In this document: positions 21,761-33,955 of the stretch, in pieces
Layout: each line of letters starts with the position of its first letter
Numbering within the stretch: position 1 is the stretch's first letter
DNA from: Camelus ferus
Lineage: Eukaryota
Assembly (NCBI RefSeq): GCF_009834535.1
Contig: NC_045715.1
Coordinates: forward strand, 29,946,001 to 30,010,000
Reading direction: 5' to 3'
DNA: 64,000 nt
Translations under genes and position numbers: made by a program
Notes under the pieces: generated by a model
What the model was told of the DNA's origin: nothing
Databases searched by the model: none
What the model saw: the letters and a program-made list of their open reading frames with translations, nothing else

Positions 21761-24079
21761 CATGCAGATGTTCGCGAGGTCAGAGACGTGCCCAGAGCAG
21801 AGGGTAGGGGCAGAGGTCTGAGAAATGAAGCTGGAAAACCAAGCGCAGACCTAGTGAACAGAGTCGAATCTTCTTGAACCCTGACCCAGGTACCCACCCT
21901 CAAGTACACACCCTCAAGGAAGGTGAGAGACTTGAGATGAATCTGACCCCTGAGAGGGCCGGATCCTGTCTTAAGTTTAGATGATGTTTTGTTCATCATG
22001 GATTTTTTGCATTAACTTTGAGTTTTTTTTAAATATTGCATTAAAACATTATCTGGATTCTGGAATATTTGGGTATCCCCCGCAAATTTTGCGCCTCAGG
22101 TAAGTTGCCTCTCTGGCCTCTCCCTTGTCCCAGCCCTGCTACAAGGCCGCGGAGATAGAGCCCCCAAAACAATTGAGAACATACAGTTACGAGGCGCGCT
22201 GGTGACAAACCTCCCAGCCAAGCAAGCACACTTACAGCAAACACAGATAGAGGCAGGGCTGGGGAAAGATAGGACTGTGTGTGAGTCGATGAGGCAGGCT
22301 TGGAGGCTCTAAGAGGGAGGAGGGAGTCTGGGGCAAGCCACAGTCGCAAATAGGTGAGGGATAGGGTTGGGGTGCAGCTGGATCCACCTTTCACACCCCT
22401 CTCCTGTGCCAGAGACCCGTGAGAGCCCAGGGAGGGAGGGAGCCATAAGACTGGCTGGGCCTGGCTAGAGGAACTTGGGCAAAGGCTACTGTGAGTTGGG
22501 GCTCTGAGGCTGTCCAGCAGAGGGCCTTGGCACTCAGCAACCATCTCAGCCTAGGGAGGCGGCTCCGGAGGAGTGTGGGTGCTGGCTGGGGGCCCAAGCA
22601 AGGAAAGTGCCAGACGGGCTTCTGTCCAGCAATAACAGCCCTGGCTGTTGCCATCCAGTGAGCAGGCCAGGCCTCAGCAGGGATGGGCAGAGGAACCAGC
22701 CTTCCCCTGTCTGGCCTGGGACCCTCACCACTTCCCTCCAACTTCTTTCCATTTCTAGCCCCCTCTGCACACAATTGCAGCCACTGGCCACCAGCCTGGC
22801 CATGCCTGGCGGAACTGTTTGACCACTAAGGCCTGCCACCCCCGCAGGCCCAGAGACGGAAATGAGGATGGGGAGAGAGACAGGGGCCAAGCAAGAGGGG
22901 AGAGGAAGGTCAGGAAAGGAAGAGAGAGAATCTGGACAAACACAGGGTAGGAATATGGGGGTAGACCCAGACATGAAGCTGCCCTCAAGCCATGGGGCAG
23001 TGCCTAGAAAAATATCACCCATATCCCTCTTCCTGCCCTCTGTTTGGTTAGGGCTGGGGGGTGATGGTGTGTCATGTCTCTGTGGAGCTCAGAGCCGGAA
23101 GGCTGGGAACAGCCCTTCTGGAGTATCTTGGGGTGAGTCCACTGATCCATCCTAAGTAGAAAAACTAGCCTTCCCTTCAGGGCCCATTCTGTTCTCTGGG
23201 GAGACGGGTTGACTCTGCCATATTCCTGTGATGTTAGTACTGCTAATTGTTAATTAGTGTCTGTGGCTTCTCCAGGGTACAGGCCTTTTGGGTAAATGGG
23301 GCAAGCGGTGGGGCTGGATTGGATTTTCTGTCCTCAGCACCTCTGCAGCCTTTGGATTGTTCTCCAGTACTGCTTTAGGGGGCAGTGATCCCCCGTCCCC
23401 CAAATGTACTGACCACCAAAAAAGGAATGAATCCTTCCCCCTCCCTGGGAAGTACAAGAGTTCCTCAGCATGCCCTACCCCCTTCCTCCTCAGCCAGGGA
23501 GGATGTGGGTCTCAGCAAGGCTTCCTCCTCTGAGTGTCAGGACCATAGGATTCACTCAGGATGTAAGGCTGTTACTGGCTGTTTGTCTTCCATTCCCAGA
23601 TGTTGCCTCAGCTTTTCCAAAGTTCTGGATTTAAAAAGGGTGAATCATTAGGAGGCTATAGGGTTGTGCCTTGGGGCCCCCTACCCCCCAGGGGCACACA
23701 TCCCTCTCCAAGTCAAAGTTGTGGGTGTGTAAGTCTTAGAGGTGGGAAAACCCAGGTGACACATACCGATTCTGTCGGAGGGATCCCACGGAGTGGGGGA
23801 AGGAGAGGATAGTCTGAAAAGAAGAAAATGGTACTGAAAAGGGAGAGGGGCGCTGGAAAGAAACGGTGTAGTGTGGAAGAAAGTGGCTTGAGAGGGGGCT
23901 TGAGAAGCGATAATGGAACATCTTGGGTGGAGTATGGACATGGCAGGGCGTCCGGACCTGTCTGAGCAGGTTTGTCGCTGGGAGAGTCCCGAGACAGTTG
24001 TGTAGGAGTTTTATGTAACCCCAGCGCGGAGACCAGAGGTACCCAGTGTGGGCCCCATGTGTCCCGTGATGGGGCAAAG

Positions 24080-24720
24080 TTTGGCGTGGCAGGGCCCTCA
24101 GAGGTCCTAGCTACAGAAATAAGGCGAGGTGTGGGCCAGGCGGCGCTGGGGGTCGCAGGGTCTCGGTGCCGGGCGAAGAGGGGTGTCCAAGGGCGTCCGC
24201 AGCCTCCCTGCAGGGGGCGGGGCGGCCCGAGGCGGAGCGGGGCGGGGCGGGGCCGCAGCAGGCGCCGGGGAGCGGATGGGGGCGGGGACGCGCCGGGGCG
24301 GGGCGAGCGGAGGGCGGGTTTGAATGTGCTCGGGCGGGCGCGGGAAGCTGCCGGGAGAGCGCGCCGACCTCCACGCGGGTGGACCCCTTCCCAGCAGGTG
24401 CTGCCCCGAGCCGGGGGCCGGGGTGCCGGGGTGCCGGGGACCGCCGGGGTGGAAGGTGCCGCTTCCCGTCTGCCACGAGGGCAGGGAGACCAGGCCTGGC
24501 GGCTGCGCTGCCAAAAAAGGGGACGCCGGGTGGGGCCCCCGCGGGGAGCGTGCGGAGCCGCGCAGCACGTGGCGTGCTGGGGCTGGAGCGCAGGTGCATC
24601 CTGCCGGGACCCGGACCCGCGAGGACGTGGGCGACCTGACTCCCGGGCCTGAAACCGGCTGTCACCGAGCTGACCTCCGCAAGGGACGGGCGAGTTGATG
24701 GTTAATCTCGATCAATCTTG
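24080..24720 (+). promoter_or_regulatory. CpG island / proximal SLC29A1 promoter with GC-box array; candidate first exon about 24317-24397
   Basis: Many GGGGCGGGGC boxes at 24213-24315, then gtttgaatgtg...cccagcag|gtgctg. Confidence 0.7.
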
Positions 24721-25264
24721 TCGTTGGTACCGGGGAGGGGCCGCACCATTAACTGCTCTGGGTGCGGGGAATGGGGATGTGGGCGAACAGAATGGAGGTG
24801 GAGGAGCTGTTTCTTTAACCCCCGCCTTTTATTGGCGGAACTCGTGTCCCTGGCCTCCCCTTCCTGGGCGCGTTCTCATTTACTCCCAGAGAGGACCCTT
24901 GCTTCCCTCAGAGAACAAGGACATACACACCCCAGATTTTCCTCCCAGGGTCGAACGGTGGTAGATGAGGGCTGGTCCCACCCCTGTCTCTTACCCCTCT
25001 TGGGGCCGCCCCTTTGCCCATTCCTCTCCGTCACCTCCAGACCCTCTTGCCTTGTCCTCCCGCCTGTGTGAGCTCTGCTTGCCAGAATGTGTGAATGGGA
25101 TGGGGAAGTGCCACCTGACACTCAAGTCAGGCTGGAGATGACCTTGGCCCCTACCTTATTTTTTCTCCTTAGATGGAGTAGAGCACCCCCACTTCTGAGT
25201 ATACGGGGCTGCCTGGGAAGCAGACTTTATACCTCCCTCCCCATCCTGGCAGGAGCCTAGAGTA

Positions 25265-25420
25265 AGCTGCTCATTGAGTTTGAGTTACAGCTCACCCATT
25301 CACTAGCTCTGTTATCTTAGGCAAATGACTCAACCTCTCTGAACTTCAGCTGCCCCCATCTGTTCAATGGAGATAGTTTTGTACTACCTTATGGTGATTG
25401 TGAGGGTGTCCAAAGGCAAG
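25265..25420 (+). mobile_element. MIR remnant
   Basis: ttcactagctctgttatcttaggcaaatgactcaacctctctgaacttcagc..catctgttcaatggagata. Confidence 0.75.
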
Positions 25421-27873
25421 AGAGGGTATCTGTAGGTAGTGGCTGGCCCCTTATGGGATCCAGGGAAGTGGAGAATTTGATGCTACCACAAGCATGTCTC
25501 TAGAAGCCATGGTGCCTGAGAGGTCTTGGGGGTCCCGGGTTGGGGAGGTGCTCAGTTGGGGAGGTGGCTGCTTTCAGGGCCCCATCTCAGGCAGGCCAAG
25601 GCATGGCTGGAGGGACACCAGATGCTCTAAGCTGATATCAAATCCCTGTTTGTTGCTGGGCAAAGACAGACAAAAACAAAACACCTGGGCTGGCCAGCTG
25701 ATTATCAGTGTGCGGGCAAGGGGAGCAGGCTGCCTCTGGAATTGAATTGTGCTTAGGACTGGAGTAGGGGCAGCTGAGAACAGAGAGCAGGGGTATAGCT
25801 GAGGGAGAGGGCAGAAATAAATACTAATCTTAGTCTAAGACAGATTTTACTGAGGATGGGGAGATGCTCTGTTCTCCACCCGTTTCCCATCTGTGTTGAA
25901 ATGCACCTCCTCTTTACTGCCCGGAATCTTGCCTGTGGGGGCGGAAGGTGAGCACAGGGTAGGCTGAGGTGAGAAGCTGGGGGTTCCCCCAGGCTACCTA
26001 ATAGAAAACCCAAGTTCCTAGCCTCATCTGCCCATCCCCCCAGGTTAAGCCCTCTTACCCCCATCCTTCTAGAGAATGTAAACATTGTTGTTCCCATTCT
26101 GTCCCAAGTGCCTACAACAGTGCCTGGCTGGCACTCTGAGATCCTAGGTCAATATTTGTCAAAAGGACAATGGAAAAAGACCTCTGCCTCTAGCTGGAAG
26201 GGTGTAGGTCTGCTCCTCCCCTCCCTGTCCTTCAGCCCAGGTGTGGGCTGGGGGGTTGAGGAAGGCCTCTGGAGAGGCTGGAGTTTATTCAGGGAGGGGT
26301 TGAGAGGAATTACTGGGAGTGGTAGAAAGGCCCATTTAGGTCCTTTGTTGGGGTCCCCAGGGCTGGCCATTGCAGTCCCTGGGGCCTGGAGCACTGGCTG
26401 CACCTGTGAGTTCACCCACCCACTAAGCTCCCCTGCTGAGACTGCTGGCTGTCTTATCTCCCAAGCTACTGGGCTGTGTTTTATCTCCCAGGTCGTGTGT
26501 GTTCAGAGAGGCGTCTCAGAATGGGGCTGCTCCCTCCCACAGTGAGGCCTGGGGGGTTCTCTCCTGATACACCCTGTGCCTTCATTCTAGACCCTTACTC
26601 AGGAGGAACCCATGGACAAGGCCTGCTGCCTGAGCTTGAGCTAGGACCACTGCCGACGGACTGCCCGGGACCCCTCTGCACTGACCCTTCTGCTGGCAAG
26701 TCTGGGTATCTGGTGAGTTCTGACCCAGGCTGGTGAGGAAGCCAGTCTTCACCCAGAACGGCAGTCCTGGCTCCAGACCTGGGCCCACACGTGGGGGATA
26801 TGCCAGCACATGCCTTCCTGGCTTTCCATGCCATCCAAGGGAAAACTGTTTCCTCCGCTGGTGCCAGGGCACCTCCCCCTGCACAAGCAAGTGAGAAAGG
26901 AGCAGGGGAGGGATGCTGAGCGGGGAGGCTGGGTGCCTTGGGGCTATGCTTTAGTCAGGCCTGTGCCCCTATCCCTACGGTCTTCTCTTTAACTTAGAGA
27001 AAGGGGAAGAGGGCAGGGGCCTGAGAGTGAGTCAGAGAGGAACTGGGTGGTGGGGGGTGACCCTGGAACCAGGACTAGGGGTCAGGGGAGGGCTGTGTCC
27101 CCACATCTGTCCTGAAGTATTTTCCTGGAAAACTGGCCAGTAACTAGGAAGCCTTCGGGCACTGGCTGGGAAGGACCATTAAGATGCTACCAGTAGAGAG
27201 GCTGGAGTCTGGAGTGCTGCCAGGAGGGGACAGGCTCTCCAGAGGCTGCCCTAGCCATGAGCTCAGGGACCCCCGGGAGGGTGGACATCAGACTTGCCGA
27301 GGGACCTGGGGAGGGAGGTTTGGCCTCGATCATCTCCCCTGCAGCTGCTGCTTCTGCTGATCTGTTTGCTTTGTGCCCTCCCTCCCTCCGTCTCCTTTCT
27401 GTTTCCCTCCTGTCCCTTCTTCCATTATCGCCACTGTCCCTTACCCCTTTCATCCTCTTCCCAGCCTTTGCCTGTCTCTCCCTCCCTCCCAATCATACTT
27501 CCTCCTCCTTCCCTTCTGCTCTCCACCCTCCTGTTTCCCGCATACAAACTGCTTCAGCTGCTGGATAAAAATAGCAGTGGCAGCGGCCAGGCCAGGCCAG
27601 GCCAGGCGCCAGGTGGAGCCTAAGCGGGCAGGGAGGCGCAACAGGATGGGCCAGAGGGGTCAGACTGAGCAGTCCTGAGAGGCAGGGCAGGTGGTGGTGG
27701 GGCGCCTTCTGGACTCCTCAGCTTGCCTGCTCTGTACGCCCTGCCCCCCCCACCCCAAGAATCTGAAGAGGCCTGTGGGGAAGCAGGGCCAAGACAGGGC
27801 CTCACACTGCTTCTGCCCCCAGCAAGCGCCAGAGGGAGGAAGCTGTCAGCCAGGCATAACCAACGCAGTCACC

Positions 27874-30800
27874 ATGACAACCAGTCACCAGCCTCAGGAC
27901 AGGTACTGGGGGACCTGGGGCTGGGAGTCCTGGGGAGTGGAAATGGGTCTCCATGGGGCTGGGTGCTGTGCCCTTTGGAGTTTGGGGTTGACTAGCCTTC
28001 CAGCCAAGTAGCTGTGAGTTAGGTCTGCATCAGGGGTGGGGGCCTGCACTGCTGAGGCTGGGTGCTGGCTGGGGTGTCTGGGGAAGGCCCAGGGCGGGTG
28101 GGTGGGAGCCGCTCCCTGGCCTGTCAGTGTTTCCACTGTTGGGCTCCAACCGCTTCCGGCTCCTCCCACCACCACCATGAGGAGACATTTGGCAGCACCC
28201 CTCATTCCAGAGTGCATCTGGCAGAGCTGCCCTCTCCCTCAGGGCTGCCCTGGGTCCTCTGCTTCGGATGACCCCGGCCCATCCTGGTCCTTGCTCTGAC
28301 CTTCCTCTCATTCCCCCACCTCCGGAGCCAGAAGTTCTCTCCAGTTTAGACCCACAGCCGTGATTGTGTGTGGGGGGAGAAGAAGCTGTAGGGGGATTCA
28401 AGTTCTCCAAGGAGTCTAGGACCCTAGAAAGCTGAAGCCATGCCTGGAATCAAAACCATCCTTCCACTTGTGCCCCCCAACCCCATCACCTCTCCCCTGC
28501 CCATCTTATCTCCCTGGGCCAAAGGCCAGAGAACTAGGGCACTTCTGGCTGCAGGACCTTGGGCGCTAATTTGATCTCTCTGGGACAGTTTTCTACCTGT
28601 AAAATATAAGTACAGGCCCCAGGTTGTTTCGGTGGTCCCCTCCCTGGTGTCCTCCGTTCCCAGACTGCCTGCCAACATCCCCTTGCCCCAACTCTGGTGG
28701 CAGCTGTCTGAACCCCTCTGCCTTCTCCATCAGCCTTGTCACACTCACCCAGCCCCACTTTTCCCTTCTATCCTGGCTGCCTTTGGCTGGGAGTTTCCTC
28801 TGTCATTTGGGCCTCTGAATCAAGCCCTCGCCTCTCTTCAAGGTGGGGAGTGTATGAGGAAGGTGGGGGGCTGCAGTTGTCAGGGCTCAGGTCTTCCCAC
28901 TTGGGGCACTCACCCAGGGCCTCTCTGTGTGGGGCCAGGCCCTGCGTGCTGGCTAGACCCGTCTCCTCACTGTCTTGGGCTTGTTCCTGTCAGCTCTGTG
29001 AAGAAAGTGGGTTTTATCTCTGGGGAGAGCATGGCAAACACATTTGGAGACCACAGTGGGAGGGCCCAGGGTTGCCTGGGGGAAGCTGTTCCATCCCAGA
29101 CAGGCCCTGAGGTGGAGGGCTTGGGGCAGTGCCCTGGCCCAGGCTGGGCGGCACTATTTACACTCTGGGGCTCAGATGACGTGCAATGGCCCGGTCCCTC
29201 CTGGCCTGCCCTACATGGTGTGACCTACAAAGCTGGTTCTGTCTCGGCCGGGAGAAAACCTCTCCCTCACTTCCCAGCTGTCCCAAGGCACCCTGCCTGC
29301 CTTCCCCACTAGGTCCACAATGGTCTGGGAGTTTCTTGACCTCAGAGTCCTCTTTGGGGAACCACACAGCCCTGCGCAGACAGCGTAATCACTTCCAGCC
29401 TGCCCGGCGGGGGTGGAAGACACTTGTATTTGCTCTCTCATTCACCCGCTCACCCCCCCAGCTTTTAGCAAAACCACCTCCAGACATGTGGGTCACACTG
29501 GTTCCCAAGCCTGCAGGGTCCCCCGAGTCTTTGGGGCTGAGAACCAAGGTCCTTTCGGCCATGCCCTTCGGTCCCGTGTCCCTGGCCCCCTCCCCCTCAG
29601 ACTGGTCTGTGCCCTTTCCCCCATATCAGGTCACCTCTCCCTCCACAGACACCCTCAGGAGGACACATGCCCTGGGCCCTGGGCCCTGGGCTGGCTAGAG
29701 ATACTAAAGATGGCGTGGGAGGGGCAGCCCCCAGTTTGATCAAGGAAGGAAGGTGGGATGGTGTGTCACCTGGCCCCGCTTTCCTCTCCTGTCCCCAGGT
29801 ACAAAGCTGTCTGGCTTATCTTCTTCATGCTGGGTCTGGGGACGCTGCTGCCCTGGAATTTTTTCATGACAGCCACTGCGGTGAGATGGGGGAAACGGGC
29901 TCCAGGGGGCATGTCCCCTGTGCACATGGGGCCTGGATCTGCGCTTGGGGGCACAGAGAGAGAGAGATTCCAACACTCCTGTCTGCAACCTTCACAGTAT
30001 TTCACAAACCGCCTGGACCAGTCCCAGAATGTGTCCTTGGTCCCTGCTGAACCCAGGGAGGACGTCCAGGCGTCGGCCACCCCGCCAGCACCCTCACCGG
30101 AGCGGAACTCCCTCAGCGCCATCTTCAACAACGTCATGACCTTGTGTGCCATGCTGCCATTGCTGCTCTTCACCTGCCTCAACTCCTTCCTGCACCAGAG
30201 GTGAGCACCCGGACCCCCAGCCTGAGCCCTCCCTGCCTTCTCTGGGCCAAGCCCCTGGCTTCACCACCCGCCTCTGCTGCGGTGGTCTCTCCGACAGGAT
30301 CCCCCAGGCTGTACGGATCCTGGGCAGCCTGGTGGCCATCCTGCTGTTGTTTCTGATCACTGCCATCCTGGTGAAGGTTCCCCTGGATGCCCTGCCTTTC
30401 TTTGTCTTCACCATGGTCAAGATCATGCTCATTAACTGTAAGTGGGGTTTGGGGGAGGGGGGACCTGGGCAGAGATCTTCCTCCCTCCGGAGGTCAGGGT
30501 TCAGAGACCTTAGTGGGCACAGACCAAGGCTGGGAGTGGGTGCAAAGGAAAGGGCTACTCGGTGACAAGACTTGCTGGGAGTCAAGCGGGAATTGCAGGG
30601 ACTGTTCTACCAGGGGCCCCACCCACGCACCCCCTCCCCCTCCCCTGCTGATGCCCACCCTGTTCCCCAGCGTTCGGTGCCATCCTGCAGGGCAGCCTAT
30701 TTGGCCTGGCCGGCCTCCTGCCCGCCAGCTACACAGCCCCCATCATGAGTGGCCAGGGCCTGGCGGGCTTCTTTGCCTCTGTGGCCATGATCTGCGCCAT

Positions 30801-33427
30801 TGCCAGTAAGTCTTGCTGTCTGTCCTCCTGTCGCGCTGGTTGTTGCGGGGAGAGGGGATGGGACCTGGCTCTAATCGCTGGCACCCTCCACCCCAGCTGG
30901 CTCGGAGCTGTCAGAAAGTGCCTTCGGCTATTTTATCACAGCCTGTGGGGTTATCATTTTGACCATCATCTGTTACCTGGGCCTTCCGCGGCTGGTGAGC
31001 ACATGGATAAAGCCAGGTTCAGGGTTTTGGGGAGTCCAGACCCAGGGGTGTTCTGAGGACAAAACCTGGGGGAGGTGGGAATTCTGGAGATTCTGCCTCT
31101 GAATCCACCTCCCTTGTCCCCTCACTTGATAGGAATTCTACCGCTATTACCAGCAACTCAAGCTCGAAGGGCCTGGGGAGCAGGAGACCAAGCTGGACCT
31201 CATAAGTAAAGGTCTGAGGAAGCTGGAGTGGAGGACGGCCTGCCCAGCAGGGGGTGGCGTGAGCAGAGGGCAAGAATGAATGAGCTGCAGGGATGCCAGA
31301 GGGACTCGGGATGGGCTGAGGGGTAACCACAGTAAATAAAGGTGGGGAGAGAGAAGATGGGGGAGTTCCTGGGGGACCTTGAACGCCTGAGGATGTTGGG
31401 AAACAATTGCAGATTCTTGGGCAGGGCATAACCTGACTTAAGGCACCTGGGAGAGGTCAGGACCCAGGGGACTCCTGCAGCGTGGGTCCAGAGGTGGCCT
31501 AGGTTAAGCGTTAGGGTGCGACTTTACACCGGTTAAGGGGGTGTCCACCCCAAGTAACTCCAGCCCTTTTGGAGAGTGTTTGTGTCATCTCCTGTTGCTT
31601 GGTCCTTCCCACAACTTGAGGATCTTTCTACAACCTGTCACCCCCCAGGAGAAGAGTCAAAAGCAAGCCCAGAGGAGTCCAGAATTTCAGCCCCCAACTC
31701 TCAGCCCACCAACGAAAGTCATTCTGTCCGAGCCATCCTCAAAAATGTATGTGGGGCATGGGTATCCTGCCACCTACCCCTCACCCTCTTTCTCTTCTTT
31801 TTTTTTTGTTCCTGACTTCCCCACCCCACCCTCCTCCTCTCCTGGCACTGCCCATTCCCTCACTTTCTGATCTGAGACTGGCCACTTTCTGAATTTGTGT
31901 GTGTGTGCGCGTGTGTGTGTGTGTCTTGGGGTGGGGAATCTTGGTTCTTTCATGATGCACAAGCACCACGAAGACCCGGGCCTGGGTCTGTTTCCTCCAG
32001 ATCTTAGTCCCGGCTCTCTCCGTGTGCTTCGTCTTCACCATCACCATTGGGATGTTTCCTGCTGTGGCTGCTGAGGTCAAGTCCAGCATTGCGGGCACCA
32101 GCGCTTGGAGTGAGGACACCATGGGTTCCAGGATGGGGAAGGGACGGGAGCTCAAGTGGGGCTAGGAGTCTGGGAGAGGGGAGCCTGGGCTGCTTCCTCC
32201 CCAGCCAGACTCTCTTGGTCCATTTGCCATTCCCTGGGCTGGAAGGAAGCACCTTCTCCATTTTACACCTGGGAAAACTAAGCCCCAGTGAGGGTCAGAG
32301 TTGCTAGATCCTGCCTCTCTTGAACCTGATAACCCTCCACTAATCTACTCTTCCTCTTCCAGGAAACTACTTCATTCCTGTGTCTTGTTTCTTGACTTTC
32401 AACATCTTTGACTGGCTGGGCCGGAGCCTCACAGCCTTCACCATGTGGGTAAGTGGAAGAAGGGGCCCCACACCCCTGTGGGAGGGGAGAGTCCAGCCTG
32501 AGACCCAGGGAGGGAAGCAAGAAAGTATGGTCGTAAAGGGCCATGCTTTTGTAAAAACCAAGACATAATCTATATACGGTAAGGTGTACAAGTTGTAGGT
32601 GTACAGCTTAATAAATATGAATACATACATGTAAGCGTACACATGTTCCTGACAGCCACCACCCGGGTCAAGCTGTAGAACGTTTTCAACACTCCAGAAG
32701 GCTCTACCACGCCCCCTTCCGAAGGGTAACTAGGCTTTTTGAGGTTTCACTTCTGATCCCGAGGGGCCCCAAAGGGAGCCCTGGGGGCCGGCCAGCCTGA
32801 CTGAGACGCTGCCTGGTCCCCACAGCCGGGGAAGGACAGCCTCTGGCTACCAAGCCTGGTGCTGGCCCGGCTGGCCTTCGTGCCCCTGCTGCTGCTGTGC
32901 AATGTCCAGCCCCGCCGCTACCTGACTGCGGTCTTTGACCACGACGCCTGGTTCATCTTCTTCATGGCCGCCTTCGCCTTCTCCAATGGCTACCTCGCCA
33001 GTCTGTGCATGTGCTTTGGGCCCAAGTGAGTGGGGAGTGTGGCGGCCTCAGGCAGGGCCTGAAGCTTCAGTGGCAGGGGGGCACTCAATAGAGGGAGAGG
33101 AGGCACAAGGAGACTCCCGAGCCTGGTTTCCAGGCTGAGAGAGGACATGGCCGGGGAGGGCACTAGGGGCAGTGGGGGCGGGGAGGGGGCTCTGGGGGTC
33201 AGGTGAAGAAGTCCCCCAGGAGGGAAAGTAGGGTAGGTGGGTCAGCAGAATTGGATGCTCTGGGTGAGGCTGGGGTGGGGGCCATCCTAAGGTAGGCTCG
33301 CCCTCCCTCCTTTAGGAAAGTGAAGCCGGCCGAGGCAGAGACAGCTGGAGCCATCATGGCCTTCTTTCTCTCTCTGGGCCTGGCACTGGGGGCTGTCTTC
33401 TCCTTCTTGTTCCGGGCAATCGTGTGA
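27874..33427 (+). CDS. SLC29A1: Equilibrative nucleoside transporter 1 (ENT1), 456 aa
   Basis: Coding exons 27874-27902, 29799-29880, 29998-30200, 30298-30437, 30671-30805, 30897-30994, 31133-31211, 31649-31746, 32001-32109, 32363-32448, 32826-33025, 33316-33427 total 1371 nt; MTTSHQPQDRYKAVWLIFFMLGLGTLLPWNFFM...FSFLFRAIV*; first coding exon acceptor at 27822/27823. Confidence 0.97.
32545..32720 (-). mobile_element. LINE-1 (L1MB/MC-type) 3' fragment in a SLC29A1 intron
   Basis: gacataatctatatacggtaaggtgtacaagttgtaggtgtacagcttaataaat...agaacgttttcaacactccagaag. Confidence 0.7.
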
Positions 33428-33945
33428 CCGAGTATAGACGGAAGGACAGCCCTGGCCATCAGCTCCTGCCCGCTTCCTCCTTCATTGTGGGCAGGGGTCG
33501 CCTGGAGGATTTCTCTTCTAGCTGATTGCTGCTTTCTCACGGCCTGTGCTGGGCTCAGCATCCCGGCCCCGAGGAGAGAGCCTCTGTGGATGGACAGTGG
33601 AGACATTGTGGGCCTGAGGGTTCAAGTCAAGGGGGGGATGCAGGCTCTGTGTCTGCTCAAGTGCCCTCCTACACACTTGGCTCTGACTGATCCCTGCCTG
33701 AGCAGAGCTGCAGAAGCTCCTTGGCTCAGAGAGTGTGTGTGTCTGTCTGTCCATCTGCCTGTACCAGGGGTTGCTAGGGGCCAGGAATGTCTGTTCTAAA
33801 GTCCGATCTGATATTTCCGCCCCCTTCTCCCCATGTGCCTCTCCCCCACCACCTCCCCGTGTTCCTACCCATCATGAACCCTGTACAGTTGCCATTTTAC
33901 TGCCCTTTTTTTATACTCAAGCCAGGTGCCTTCAAAGGCTCTCTG

Positions 33946-33955
33946 ATTAAATAAA
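33946..33955 (+). terminator. SLC29A1 poly(A) signals (overlapping ATTAAA and AATAAA)
   Basis: ctgATTAAATAAActtt about 520 nt after the stop, followed by a T-rich tract. Confidence 0.85.

Noticed and set aside
21015-24698. Long ORFs (150-240 aa) in the SLC29A1 CpG islands
   Set aside because: Stop-poor GC-rich DNA, Pro/Gly/Arg/Ala-rich, open in several frames at once, no recognisable domain.
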